Notes under the pieces: model-generated
Told to the model about the DNA's origin: nothing
Seen by the model: only the letters and a program-made list of their open reading frames with translations
The model's database searches: none
Translations under genes and position numbers: made by a program
Part shown: positions 1-10,256 of the stretch, piece by piece
How the letters are laid out: each line of letters starts with the position of its first letter
Position numbering within the stretch: the first letter of the stretch is position 1
Source: an uncultured delta proteobacterium
GTDB taxonomy: Bacteria > Desulfobacterota > WTBG01 > CAIYCZ01
Reading direction: 5' to 3'
DNA: 64,000 nucleotides
Assembly (NCBI GenBank): GCA_963803975.1
Contig: CAWDOY010000001.1
Coordinates: 157,463-221,462, forward strand

Positions 1-280
1 CTTCATAGGATGTATTTATTGATTCTAATGTTATCTTGTTCAGGTTCAAGCGGTTGCGGATTACCATGTTCTTATTGCGCGGTACCGTTATATAAACTTT
101 TCTGGTATTTTTTAAAACATCGCCTTCAAGATCAAAATTTACTTTGTAGGACTCGCCGGAGGAGGTGACATCCTTTCGCGCAATGAGACTTATTGTTAAG
201 CCATCCTGCGCCAGGAGGTTAGAGATTGATCCGCTGATCAGCATAATAATTGCAATCGTAATAACCGTAACTCTTTTCAT
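1..280 (-). CDS. secreted hypothetical protein, 5' part only (runs off the window)
   Basis: Manual translation MKRVTVITIAIIMLISGSISNLLAQDG... is open to position 1; AGGAG RBS upstream; signal-peptide-like N-terminus. Confidence 0.7.
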   Translation of the reverse strand, partial: MKRVTVITIAIIMLISGSISNLLAQDGLTISLIARKDVTSSGESYKVNFDLEGDVLKNTRKVYITVPRNKNMVIRNRLNLNKITLESINTSYE

Positions 281-444
281 TTCTTGCTACTCCTTTCATT
301 AAAAAAACTTATTATCTTATTTAATATTCCCAGAGTGGGAATATTAATAGCATACAACTTGTTTTGATTCTACCATTTATCTTTTAGGCTGTGCGGAGGA
401 ATATAAACTACAGGAGCTTTGTGTTTAAAATATTATATATTTAA

Positions 445-492
445 TAAATGTAGTCTGCAGTAGAAATCTGATTTAGTCCACCTTATCAGAAG
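445..492. repeat. 48-bp site, copy A (TCTGAT-TTAGTCC...-ATCAGA hairpin)
   Basis: 43/48 identical to 8781-8828 by manual alignment. Confidence 0.9.
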
Positions 493-568
493 GCTTAACA
501 ACCGCAGCCTGGGATGCCGGGGGCAGCTGCAGGTTGATCCACTCTTCGCACAGTTATTTCTTTTGGCC
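493..568 (-). pseudogene. fragment of the solute-binding protein gene at 8973-10077
   Basis: Translates GQKK*LCEEWINLQLPPASQAAVVK versus GQKKKLCEEWINLQLSPTFQAAVVK at 9161-9236. Confidence 0.85.
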
Positions 569-655
569 CGGTCAGCGCCACTTCGAGCCCTGTATGGTTT
601 CACGGGAAGCCCTCTGTCTTTACCCGGATACTTACCCTGTCATTCAACGTCCCTG

Positions 656-1702
656 CTATTCTTTGGAAAATATCTCCAGCAGTTCATTCTTCCGCTTAAT
701 TACCGGCAGGTTATAGGGGCATTTCTCTTCACACCGGCCGCACTCCTCGCACCCCTGCCACCAGACCGTGAGCTTCCTCCACATCTCCTTCTTCTGCTCG
801 GACATCTCCTCGTAGCTGCAGCCTTTCACCATCTCCCAGGGAAGCTGAATCATAATCGGAATAAGAATATCATTGGGACAGGGCATGCAGTAGCTGCAGC
901 GGCGGCAAAAATCCTTTCCCAGCGGGGCAACCTCTTGTTCAAAACCCTTAAGCTCCTCCGGGGTGAGCGGGTCTGCGCTCTCTGCGTACCTTAGATTTTC
1001 GTTTAACTCGGCCAGGTTGGAAACGCCGTTGAGGATAAGATCAACGGGATACCCGTTCAGGAATTTAAAACATTTTTCAACACTTCTGATCACCCCGCCG
1101 GCCAGCGGCTTCATCACGATGGTGCCGATGTCCAGAGACCGGGCCAGGGGAATCAGCTCCTGCTCCGGCTCCCGCTCGATCACGTTAAACGGAAACATCA
1201 CCGTATCAAACTCACCGGTCTTCAGCAGCTCAACCATAACGGCTGGATGGTGGCTGGTGAGCCCGATAAAATCGATCATTCCCTGGTCTTTTGCTTTTTT
1301 GAAAGCATCCAGCGCTCCCCCCTTACCCATTACCTGGGGGACCTCATGGGGCTCAAGCTCATGCACCTGGTAAATCTCTATCCGGTCTGTCTGCAATTCT
1401 TTCAGGCTTTCCTCAATATCTTCCAGCACTTCATCATAGCCCCGGCGGTGAGATTTGCTGGCAAGGATGCACTCCTTGCGCCGGGTTTTCATCACCGCGC
1501 CGATGTTGGTTTCAGAATCCAGGTACACCCGTGAGGTGTCGATAAAGTTTATCCCGTAATCGAGCGCGGCGTGGAGCACCTGCTCAATGGTCTCTTCATC
1601 CTTGCCGCCCATACCCGTGGCGAGAGGGATACCGCCCAGGCCCCACCTGGTGACTTCAAGATTAGTTCTTCCCAGCCTGATCTTTTTCATGCAGTGCCTC
1701 AC
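656..1702 (-). CDS. aldo/keto reductase with C-terminal 4Fe-4S dicluster domain
   Basis: LGRTNLEV..GLGG, GINFIDTSRVY, IVMKPLAGG; C-terminal CRRCSYCMPCP and CEECGRCEEKCP. Confidence 0.9.
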   Translation of the reverse strand: MRHCMKKIRLGRTNLEVTRWGLGGIPLATGMGGKDEETIEQVLHAALDYGINFIDTSRVYLDSETNIGAVMKTRRKECILASKSHRRGYDEVLEDIEESLKELQTDRIEIYQVHELEPHEVPQVMGKGGALDAFKKAKDQGMIDFIGLTSHHPAVMVELLKTGEFDTVMFPFNVIEREPEQELIPLARSLDIGTIVMKPLAGGVIRSVEKCFKFLNGYPVDLILNGVSNLAELNENLRYAESADPLTPEELKGFEQEVAPLGKDFCRRCSYCMPCPNDILIPIMIQLPWEMVKGCSYEEMSEQKKEMWRKLTVWWQGCEECGRCEEKCPYNLPVIKRKNELLEIFSKE

Positions 1703-1834
1703 GTATAGCTATTATTAAATTCTTTTATTTCTAATAGGCTCTTTAAGACAGTCAGCCACTTTAAGGGGATACGAACAAACGCTGCTTCTTTGCTGCTTTT
1801 GGGATTATGCCAAACTCATATCTCTAAATAAACA

Positions 1835-2419
1835 TCATTTTTTTCGAAGAGCATCCCCCAGCTTTTTGCCAGCATCTTCCGCGCGATTTATGACCTCGGG
1901 CATGTCATCGACATCATTCATGCCAATTGCCTCTGCAATTTTATCTACAAGGTTCAGCCTATGGGAGCCTCCCATACAAAGTGTTAGTTCCTCTATCGTC
2001 TTTTCGTGGCCTGCCCCGGCAACAGTTGTTACAACCACGCCGAACTTCCCTGCAAGAGGCCGCTGCCCCATAAAGGGCATATCAGGGTCATACATAGGGC
2101 CGATACCCCGGTAGTAAAGAGCCAGACTCCTGTCAATAAAACATTTAACAGCACCAGAGATGTTCATAAAGTAAGTCGGTGAACCGAGAATAATCGCATC
2201 AGCACCCAATAATTTTCCGTAGAGTCCCTGCATATCATCCTCTATGGGGCACTTCCCTTCATTCATCATACATTCAGAGCATCCGGTACAGGGCTTTATT
2301 TCAAGTTTGCCCAGTTCTACAATTTCATAATCGACCCCGGATGCTTTAGCAATTTTTTTAACCAGCTTGTTTGTATTACTTTCTTCCCTTAAACCTCCAC
2401 AAATAGCTAAAATTCTCAT
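1835..2419 (-). CDS. flavodoxin-fold iron-sulfur flavoprotein (NADPH-dependent FMN reductase family)
   Basis: GGLREESNT, CTGCSECMMNEGKC compact Cys motif, ADAIILGSPTYF, KCFIDR. Confidence 0.85.
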   Translation of the reverse strand: MRILAICGGLREESNTNKLVKKIAKASGVDYEIVELGKLEIKPCTGCSECMMNEGKCPIEDDMQGLYGKLLGADAIILGSPTYFMNISGAVKCFIDRSLALYYRGIGPMYDPDMPFMGQRPLAGKFGVVVTTVAGAGHEKTIEELTLCMGGSHRLNLVDKIAEAIGMNDVDDMPEVINRAEDAGKKLGDALRKK

Positions 2420-2659
2420 AACGCATTCCTCCTGTTTTAATAAGGTCTATGATCTTTTGTTTGATAGAAACTGCCTTGTCATCTACAGGTGTAGAATTTT
2501 GCCAAGCCACTGATCATTTTATTGTTACATTGCCTGCGTTCACAACCGTTTGAGTAATCTGCCAAACTTCTTTATCTATTTTCCCTTGTCAGCCTGAAAG
2601 TGGTTACGTTGTACGGGTCAGGGCAGACACCGTGGTCACCATGGAGCGACCAATGGCGT

Positions 2660-3691
2660 CTATTCCGTGACAATAGAGACAGCCGGTAATGAGATCAATG
2701 AGGCCGGCCGAATGGTATGTAAACAATGATAATAGTTTACCAGCCAGTCATTAGACCAACCAAAGAGAGTAGTCTTGCGCACAATGGTCATGACTTCGGC
2801 TCGCGTAATTTTGGCTTCAGTCAAAACTACCTTGATATTGTTGCGACTAACGGCCAGCGTCTTAACCGCGAACAACAGAGGCCACATACAAGCCAAGCGT
2901 ATTCCATGCTGCCGCCGGGGCAAGCTCGTAATGTAGCTTAGCCCATACTGCAAATGAGCTTCTGCTTTGTTGGCCAATTGATCGATCACCTGGCTGATCT
3001 TGGCTGCATTTTCCTGGGCCAAAAGACTGTCTCGCGTTAAACCAAGCGGTTCGTAAAAAGTGCGGGGTACATACACCCACCCCCGGTCATAGTCCTTGCG
3101 CAACCCGCGAATGATATTTACTGTTTGTAATGCCAGGCCAAAATGGCGAGACAAGGGCAGCAACCTGGCTTTCCGTTTCATGATGACCGGTGAATACCAG
3201 GCGAAAAGATTGGTCAGCAGATAGCCCACACGCCCCGCCACTTGGTGCATATAGTCGTCCAGTTCCTCTTCATTATGCACCTCGGGACCATGCTCTTGCC
3301 AACGGGCCATGCCCAACGAGGTTTGGTTCACATGGCTGATAATGATCTCTTGAACTGCCGGCGGAAGCAGGCGCAGTCGTTCGAGAAGTTGTCCGGCGTG
3401 TTGGGCAACATACACCTCGGGATTACTTTCATCCAGATGTGCAATCGCGCTCGTCAGAGAAGCCGCCGGCATGGTGTCAGCTAGCACCCGGGCCCAAAGG
3501 CGCAACAGTTCCGCTTTGCGCGCCGCGGCCAAAAGATCATTGTCTTCGAGACAATCCGAAACCCGCAACAGCAAATAGGCCATCGTGACCGCGTCGCGCA
3601 GAATCAGGGGGAGCCGCTCGATGGAAAGGGCAAAGGTTCGACTTACGGCACGCAGCATTTCATTGGGGTGCATGTTAATTACTCCAGCCAT
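2660..3691 (-). CDS. squalene/phytoene synthase family protein
   Basis: VSRTFALSI, YLLLRVSDCLED, DYMHQVAGRVG, GLALQTVNIIR motifs. Confidence 0.85.
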   Translation of the reverse strand: MAGVINMHPNEMLRAVSRTFALSIERLPLILRDAVTMAYLLLRVSDCLEDNDLLAAARKAELLRLWARVLADTMPAASLTSAIAHLDESNPEVYVAQHAGQLLERLRLLPPAVQEIIISHVNQTSLGMARWQEHGPEVHNEEELDDYMHQVAGRVGYLLTNLFAWYSPVIMKRKARLLPLSRHFGLALQTVNIIRGLRKDYDRGWVYVPRTFYEPLGLTRDSLLAQENAAKISQVIDQLANKAEAHLQYGLSYITSLPRRQHGIRLACMWPLLFAVKTLAVSRNNIKVVLTEAKITRAEVMTIVRKTTLFGWSNDWLVNYYHCLHTIRPASLISLPAVSIVTE

Positions 3692-3964
3692 GTTTTAGTC
3701 GTTTTTTGGACAAGTGCAGCTCTACTAAAATTACATACCACACTTTGACACGCAAGCTGTATTTTTAGAAAAGTAATGCATTCATCTGGTAAGCAGTAAA
3801 GGAGAGGCAAGAGTGCGGAAGCGGATAGATATCAGAAGTCGCGCATTTTGAGCAATGAACTGACACCACAATATATGGGCACAAAAAGCAGGGCTGATTA
3901 AAAACCTTCAAGGATAGATTTATCACTATCCATTGCATGCAGAGGATTTGATATAATTCTAAAA

Positions 3965-5203
3965 CTAAAATTTATATCCTGCTCCAAAAGCTATTAGGTG
4001 TGCATCCCCAGTGTGTATTCTGCTTTTAAGTACTCCATCAAGAGGTCGTGCATCATAATTGCGATCCTTGATGCGAATGTAGGTATAGGATAAATCTACT
4101 GACCAGCAATCCCAGTGTACCCCGAAGCCGCAATCGAAGTGCTGCTGGTCATCCATTGGCACCAGGTAATCCACCGTACTCTTTGGAATGGGTGTGTTGT
4201 CATATACATAACCAACCCGTAGATCCAGCATACGGGTGAGCGCATACTCAAGGCCTATCTGATAGCGCCATACATCGTGCCAGTTTTTATATTTTGTTAG
4301 TTTATCTAGGCCAACGATACCGTCATCGAAATTGATTGTCACGTGATCAAAGGACCGCCAGCGGGTAAATATGGCATCAAATTCAACAGTCACTCGGTTG
4401 AGAGGCTTGAACACGACACCCAGGGAATATTCGTCTGGCAACATTAAATCTGCATGAATCGGTCCGTCGCGAAAGAGTTTGTGCAGCAGGTCGGGTTTGA
4501 TGAAATCAGCGCGGCCATCAAGATTATGCTTTATCTTGCTGCGGTAGGTGATGCCCATTGCCATCCAGTCACAAATCTCATAACGAAGTCCGAGATTAAA
4601 GCCCCAGCCGTATGAGTGGCATCTTAATGTTGAACCTACGTCAACGAGAGGAATCTTCTGCTGAAGCTTTACATCAATCCGCATTAGAGAGAAACCGCCG
4701 GCAACAGAAAAACGGTCGGTGATTTTGTACGCAATGTTGGGGTTTATTTCAAAGCTTTTGAGAAAAGCATTATAACTATTATAACGGCCAGCCCAATCAT
4801 CTTTAAATTCCGTTCCCAAACCAAACCGGGGAAAAACACCAACACCAAACCATAGGCAATCGTTTTTTTGATAGGTGAGATATCCATAAGGCAGGGAAAA
4901 CCAGTTACTCTCCAGTTCGGCGTCTTCTCTGGTGCCTAAAAAATCGGTTGTTACATGATTTCTGGGGTGGATCATTGTTCCCCCTCCAGCGATCTGCAGG
5001 CCGGGCAACTGGGTAATGCCCGCAGGATTGTAAAAAATGGCGGATGGATCATCTGCCCGCGCAATCAGAGCTGCACCAAGAGCATTGCCTCGGGCGCTTC
5101 CTGCATAAAGTGCAAACCCGGCACTATAGGATTCTTTCTCCGTTATAAACAAAAAGGTAAGAATCAGAATAATTCGAAGGAAGATGGTGAAAAGCTCTTT
5201 CAT
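3965..5203 (-). CDS. fadL: FadL/OmpP1-family outer-membrane transporter
   Basis: Signal peptide followed by AGF, DDPSAIFYNPAG motif, C-terminal YKF. Confidence 0.85.
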   Translation of the reverse strand: MKELFTIFLRIILILTFLFITEKESYSAGFALYAGSARGNALGAALIARADDPSAIFYNPAGITQLPGLQIAGGGTMIHPRNHVTTDFLGTREDAELESNWFSLPYGYLTYQKNDCLWFGVGVFPRFGLGTEFKDDWAGRYNSYNAFLKSFEINPNIAYKITDRFSVAGGFSLMRIDVKLQQKIPLVDVGSTLRCHSYGWGFNLGLRYEICDWMAMGITYRSKIKHNLDGRADFIKPDLLHKLFRDGPIHADLMLPDEYSLGVVFKPLNRVTVEFDAIFTRWRSFDHVTINFDDGIVGLDKLTKYKNWHDVWRYQIGLEYALTRMLDLRVGYVYDNTPIPKSTVDYLVPMDDQQHFDCGFGVHWDCWSVDLSYTYIRIKDRNYDARPLDGVLKSRIHTGDAHLIAFGAGYKF

Positions 5204-5549
5204 GATTTAATTTTGAACGAAATTGCGATGAGTAAAAAGTTTGTGCTCCGTAATGGAGAAAGGTTACCCTGTTTTTTATTTACCATTCTTTTTTTCTTCT
5301 TCCAATCATATATTTCAAGTTTTACCGATCAGTTAAGATTTCTCCACTATGAAGGACTACGAAGAAGATAAGAAATGGTAAACAAAAAACTCCCAAAGAA
5401 AAGGGGAGTTTTTAATTAAGATATCTTAATATAGTGTTGAACAGCTTATGCAAAGATGGGCTTGCGCTTAATAACCGTAGTCTGCAGGTCAACTGCTCGA
5501 CGTTTAGTCACGCCCAATACAGTATTCTACGCGTGATGCTTTTCACGCA

Positions 5550-6806
5550 TTACCGGCAGGATTCCCGCTCTGCATCAAGGTCATAGTTCTTTTTGAGCCA
5601 GTCAAAATCCATGGCATTGGCCTGGGCGCAGAACTCGGCCGTATCTAACTCATACTCAACACCAAATACCGCCTTCCCGGCCTTAACAAACGGCAGCAGC
5701 ATATCACATTCATCATACTCAAAGCACTGCTCGTTGAGCGCCCAGTCAAAATCATCAACCAGCTGCGATACCTGATCGAGATCATTTTTCAGACCAACCG
5801 ACAGTTCGCGGGCATGGGCGTGCTCTGCCAGCCAACGGTTAAACTGCAACTGATCATTTGCCGTCAGTGGAAATCCGCTATCATTGGTGTAGGCATCAAC
5901 ATTATCCGGCTCGACGCCGTCGCAACCCTTGCTCACCGCCATATCGAGCCGTGCATCGATCAGGGGCCCCAGGACATCAATATTTCGTATATCCAGCCAC
6001 TTTTCATCCGGCCAGCCTTCAAGCGCTTTGCCCTTCACTGACGAGGGGTATTTGTCGGCATCCGGCCGCCAGTCTTCCCAGCTACCCGCGGAAAAATAAC
6101 AAATAACTATGCGCCCGTCATTATGAAGCTGTTCGATGAGACTTGCGGAGCTGTCAAACAGGTCGATATCATACATGTCCACATCAAATGAGGTGTCAAT
6201 CGTGCCGGTAAGCTGCCACTGCCAGCTGGTGCCGGGCCTCGGCTTCCAGACAGTGGCCGGGGGATTCGTGCAGTTATCGACTATGCCGTCGCAGTTATTG
6301 TCTATGCCATCATCACACACCTCCTGAGTTCCTGGGTGCATTGCAGCATTGCTGTCATCGCAGTCGCCGCTTTTTGCCACATATCCAGCGGGTGCTGAAC
6401 ACGCAGGTGTTGACTCTACTGTATTGCCGTAACCGTCACCGTCTAGGTCACGGTAAAATGTAATTTTCAAACCCTCATCAATCTGGCCGTCACAGTTATT
6501 ATCCACTCCATCGCACACTTCCGTTGCTCCGGAATACACATTGGGGTCTGCGTCATTACAGTCAACTTCTGGTCCCACAAGCTGACACGTGAGGTAATAG
6601 CCTGCTCCCGGCTGCGACAGTGAGCAAACCTTGATGCCGTCAGAATAACCGTCGCCATCGGCATCCCGGTACCATGGCAGCTGCAATCCGGGACAGCTTT
6701 GAGTGCCATCGCACGGGTCCTTGCAGCCCACGGCACAGCACACCATTGCAGCAGCAAACAGAACATACAAACTACATCTTCCGGTAAGCATGTTTATTTC
6801 TTTCAT
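5550..6806 (-). CDS. lipoprotein with MopE-like metal-binding repeats and a GH114 (endo-alpha-1,4-polygalactosaminidase-like) domain
   Basis: YRDxDGDGY and DCND..P...EVCDGxDNNCDG repeats; SWQWQL, ICYFSAGSWEDWRPD, GVEPDN, GLKND, NEQC. Confidence 0.85.
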   Translation of the reverse strand: MKEINMLTGRCSLYVLFAAAMVCCAVGCKDPCDGTQSCPGLQLPWYRDADGDGYSDGIKVCSLSQPGAGYYLTCQLVGPEVDCNDADPNVYSGATEVCDGVDNNCDGQIDEGLKITFYRDLDGDGYGNTVESTPACSAPAGYVAKSGDCDDSNAAMHPGTQEVCDDGIDNNCDGIVDNCTNPPATVWKPRPGTSWQWQLTGTIDTSFDVDMYDIDLFDSSASLIEQLHNDGRIVICYFSAGSWEDWRPDADKYPSSVKGKALEGWPDEKWLDIRNIDVLGPLIDARLDMAVSKGCDGVEPDNVDAYTNDSGFPLTANDQLQFNRWLAEHAHARELSVGLKNDLDQVSQLVDDFDWALNEQCFEYDECDMLLPFVKAGKAVFGVEYELDTAEFCAQANAMDFDWLKKNYDLDAERESCR

Positions 6807-6907
6807 GCTCGTATATCACCATCGTATTTATCAGGGCACAAAAGCTATGCAGCACCTTCTGCCTGGTTGTGATCTGCCCTTATATGGTCTTTCGATAATC
6901 AACCCGA

Positions 6908-8420
6908 TCACTGCTGATTCCGAACACTCCCACTCGTTATCATCAGTGCGTCCACTTCGAATTTGTTTTGGTCATAGTCCCACTCTTGACTGCAGATGTC
7001 ACCGCAGGGATTATACCTTAAGCCGGATACTGGATCTATGGCTGAGCTGACCATAGAAGCGGCCCATAAGTCAACTACGACTGCGTAGTAATGCCCTACC
7101 TTAAGTGAAGGCTCGAGGATATAGGTCTTCCCCGCAAGCCCAGTCGAAGTGTGTTCAGTTGGCATTATACCTGATTCGGGCGACAGGGACTTCATTCCAC
7201 TCATCCTCTTCGCTCGCTATTGTGTTGGGAGCATCCTTGCCATAGGTCTCGCCGCTGCCCAAGTCAATCACACGCACGCGCCTTTCCCCCTATTGCAGGT
7301 GCCAGTATGGGTCTCTCCGGTGTCGATGATGTTGCAACCCACTACGGTGCGCGGCACAACATCAGTGCTCGGGTCTGCTTTCACCAGAAAGTACTTTGCA
7401 ATCATGACTTGAGCATACGTATTCCCATCCAGCAGCCTGCTGCATTTAAACACTCGGTATGAACTTCCAACCAAATGCTGGGCTGTAATAACAAGTAGGT
7501 CGCAATGACCTTCACATGAGGCGTTATTTACAGATGAGGCAAGTTTATCGAGCATTTCCAACGTCGAAGTAATTCGAATCAAGCTGCTCGTCGGGTTTTA
7601 CAATCCATTTGTCTGTTCCTGCGGTCCACGTGAGGACTGGTTTGATCGCATAGCGAGAGAAGTGCGAGATCTGGGCGGATGCGCTCGTGTTTGCCTGGTT
7701 AACGCTCGTCTCAACATAGTACGGCATGATACTCAGTAGGGGTGCCACGGGATCGTTGGGATCATCCTGCGCAGGAGGATCGTAGTACTCGTCAAGGGAT
7801 ACTATTGTCACCTCATCAGGCTCATAGCCCTCAGGAAGATCCTCTTTTGCGTAATCGATGGTGAGGGTGGCCGGCTTTGTAAACTGCAGGCCGTTTGGCT
7901 CCATTAGGTAGGCTGGCCCTACAAGGTTCTCATCTCCTGTAACCTCTGATATGGATACCTGGGTATTGTTCTCAAGCGCCCCTGCTGGAATCTCCAGGTG
8001 TGCTTTTCCCACTGCGATGGTGCCACCGCTCTGACCGATAGTTGCGGTACTCGGTGCAGACACTGATGTGGTGGTGGTTGATGGCCCACCCTCTCCAATG
8101 GTTATCGTGATCTCATCAGAACCGACTTTCCCTTTAGAATTGGTTGCCCTGACCATTATAGTATGCTCTCCCGGGCTGATTGCATCGGTCTCCATTTCAG
8201 TCCCCGTGCCCAGGATGGTGTCTTCGCTGTCTGCATACCAAACCACGGATTCACCAGAGAGCTCTCCATCCATCCGGTCTGTCGCCTCACACTTAAAGAC
8301 AATCGTTGCCCCCTCATCAAACGTGGCACCGTCTTGCGGCTCTGTGATGGTAACCTTTGGAGCACAGGCGGTACAAATAACCATCAAAACGAATAATAAT
8401 AACCCAATGGCTTTTTTCAT
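6908..8420 (-). CDS. lipoprotein with Ig/PKD-like and ZU5-like domains (frameshifted; ORF pieces 7545-8420, 7268-7582, 6908-7204)
   Basis: Lipobox CTAC; TIGQSGGTI, LEIPAGAL, PNGLQFTKPATLTI, ISHFSRYA; the join of the C-terminal pieces is inferred. Confidence 0.65.
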
Positions 8421-8496
8421 AAGGACCCCCTTTCATAATTTTAAGGTTATGGTATTGAAATACTCCTTCTGCGATCAGTATCGCTTTATGGAAAAA

Positions 8497-8533
8497 TAAA
8501 AAACCCCCATCAGTACATAGACTGATAGAGGTT
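8497..8533 (-). terminator. leader terminator-like hairpin plus U-tract upstream of the ZU5 lipoprotein gene
   Basis: Minus strand AACCTCTATCAGT-ctatgt-ACTGATGGGGGTT-TTTT. Confidence 0.6.
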
Positions 8534-8602
8534 AAATTTCTCACCCAAAAAATCATCTTCAGTGATATTCCCAATCATGGGACACCTCCGATTTACATAA
8601 AA

Positions 8603-8630
8603 ATTATACTCCCTGCATAATAGCTGTCAA
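8603..8630 (-). promoter_or_regulatory. sigma70-type promoter
   Basis: Minus strand TTGACA-N16-TATAAT. Confidence 0.65.
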
Positions 8631-8780
8631 TTAAAAAAGATAAATAAACCTATATATTGTAGTGAGAATTGGAGGGATAAAAGTGCAGCTTATGTATCAG
8701 ATGTCTTTAGTCCAGACAAGTGTAGATTACAAACGATAATAGCAAAAATATCAACTACTGAAAACTCACGATTACGTCTA

Positions 8781-8828
8781 TAAATGCAGTCTGCAGTAGG
8801 AGTCTGATTTAGTCCGCTTTATCAGAAG
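8781..8828. repeat. 48-bp site, copy B
   Basis: Direct repeat of 445-492. Confidence 0.9.
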
Positions 8829-8902
8829 CAGTTTTTACTATTTCAGATTAAATTCAACTTAGGTTCTGTGAGTGCGGGGTTACGTACTGGTTTCTACAAA
8901 TA

Positions 8903-8935
8903 AGTACGGGCAGATTATGTAACATCTGCCCGTAC
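8903..8935 (-). terminator. hairpin downstream of the solute-binding protein gene
   Basis: GTACGGGCAGAT-tatgtaac-ATCTGCCCGTAC inverted repeat. Confidence 0.6.
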
Positions 8936-8972
8936 CTGTTAACAGCGTCATGCAGCAAAATATGCTGCTACG

Positions 8973-10077
8973 TTATTTCTTGTCCCGCAGCTTTTTTGCT
9001 TCCTCCCACATCTCGCCGAATGCCTTTTCGGTCTTTTCGCTCATGACCTGCCAGATGGCAACCGTCTTAAAGTAATTGTTATTGCCGACATTAAACAGGA
9101 CCTTCTCTTCCGGGGTCACGAGGTCACCCACATTGTTGACCACCGGGGAGACGCCCTGCTGCTTGACCACTGCAGCCTGGAATGTTGGGGACAGCTGCAG
9201 GTTGATCCACTCCTCACACAGTTTTTTCTTCTGTCCTTTAGCTGCCTGGGTAATGCACCAGTAGTCGATCCAGGCAGAGCCGCCTTCTTTTGCGGTCGCC
9301 AGCTTCCAGTGGCCGCCCTTCTGGTTTGCTTTTACTACGGCAAATCCCCATGTGGTTGCCAGGGACAATTGAGGAAACTCATCAGCATTGGCTTCCCCGT
9401 CCCAGAGGCTTTTTGCGCCCTTTGCCAGTTCATTCAGTTTAGGTTGAATTTTGTTTCGGTCAAGCTTATCAATGTCAAAAATGTCCGCGTACTTATAGCC
9501 CAGCGCAAGGGCTGTTATCCAGATGTTGACTTTATGGAAGTTGTTATTGATGGTGTACTTGCCGGCATATTCCGGATTCCAGAAGATATTCCAGCTTGCC
9601 GGAGCCTCTTTTATAACGTCAGTGTTGTACGCCAGTCCATAGGGGCCGCAGTTGTACGGGAGGCCATAGCGTTTATCCCCGCTGGTGAGCGATTTGTCTG
9701 CTTTGAAAAACGGCAGCATGTGTTTGGCATTGGGAATATTTTTCATGTCAAGGGGAGATCAGCAGTACGCTGCCTTTGGTGAAGCAGTAGAACCGGGGAG
9801 TTTTCGCCATATCAGCCGGGGGTGAAATCATGTCCGCGGTACCGTTCTTGGCAGCGTTATAAAAATCTTCCTGGCCGGTGGCGTACGTGGTTTTTACCTC
9901 CACGTCCATTTTATATTTTTCTTTCACCAGGCTCTTAAAAGCTTCAATAACCGCCTTGTCGGCATAGCCTTCCCAGCAGGTGATGTTTATGGTTTCCGCT
10001 GCTGCGAACGTTGTCCCGGGCAGTCCTGCCAGCGCGAGCACCACGGCTGCCAGCATCATGAGAATTAAATTTTTCAT
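8973..10077 (-). CDS. PotD/PotF-like extracellular solute-binding protein (frameshift near 9750)
   Basis: Signal peptide, INITCWEGYAD, YGLPYNCGPYGLAYN, PASWNIFWNPEYAGK, KEGGSAWIDYW. Confidence 0.8.
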
Positions 10078-10256
10078 AGAGTCCTCCTTTAGCGGTTAAT
10101 AATAATTGAATAGCGGCTCTTTCTGGTGCAGACACCTCATGTTTCTGCGTTCACAGAAGAGCATACCCTTGCCTGAAGGCGACAGCCATACTGTTGATGT
10201 AATGGCTTATGCATCACCCCCTCTCACTTACGTCACGATTGCCATCTTAAGATATA

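Noticed and set aside
493..540. GCTTAAC...GTTGATC with a bulged stem resembling an integron attC site
   Set aside because: The sequence is fully explained as a fragment of the solute-binding protein gene; no other attC sites and no integrase were seen
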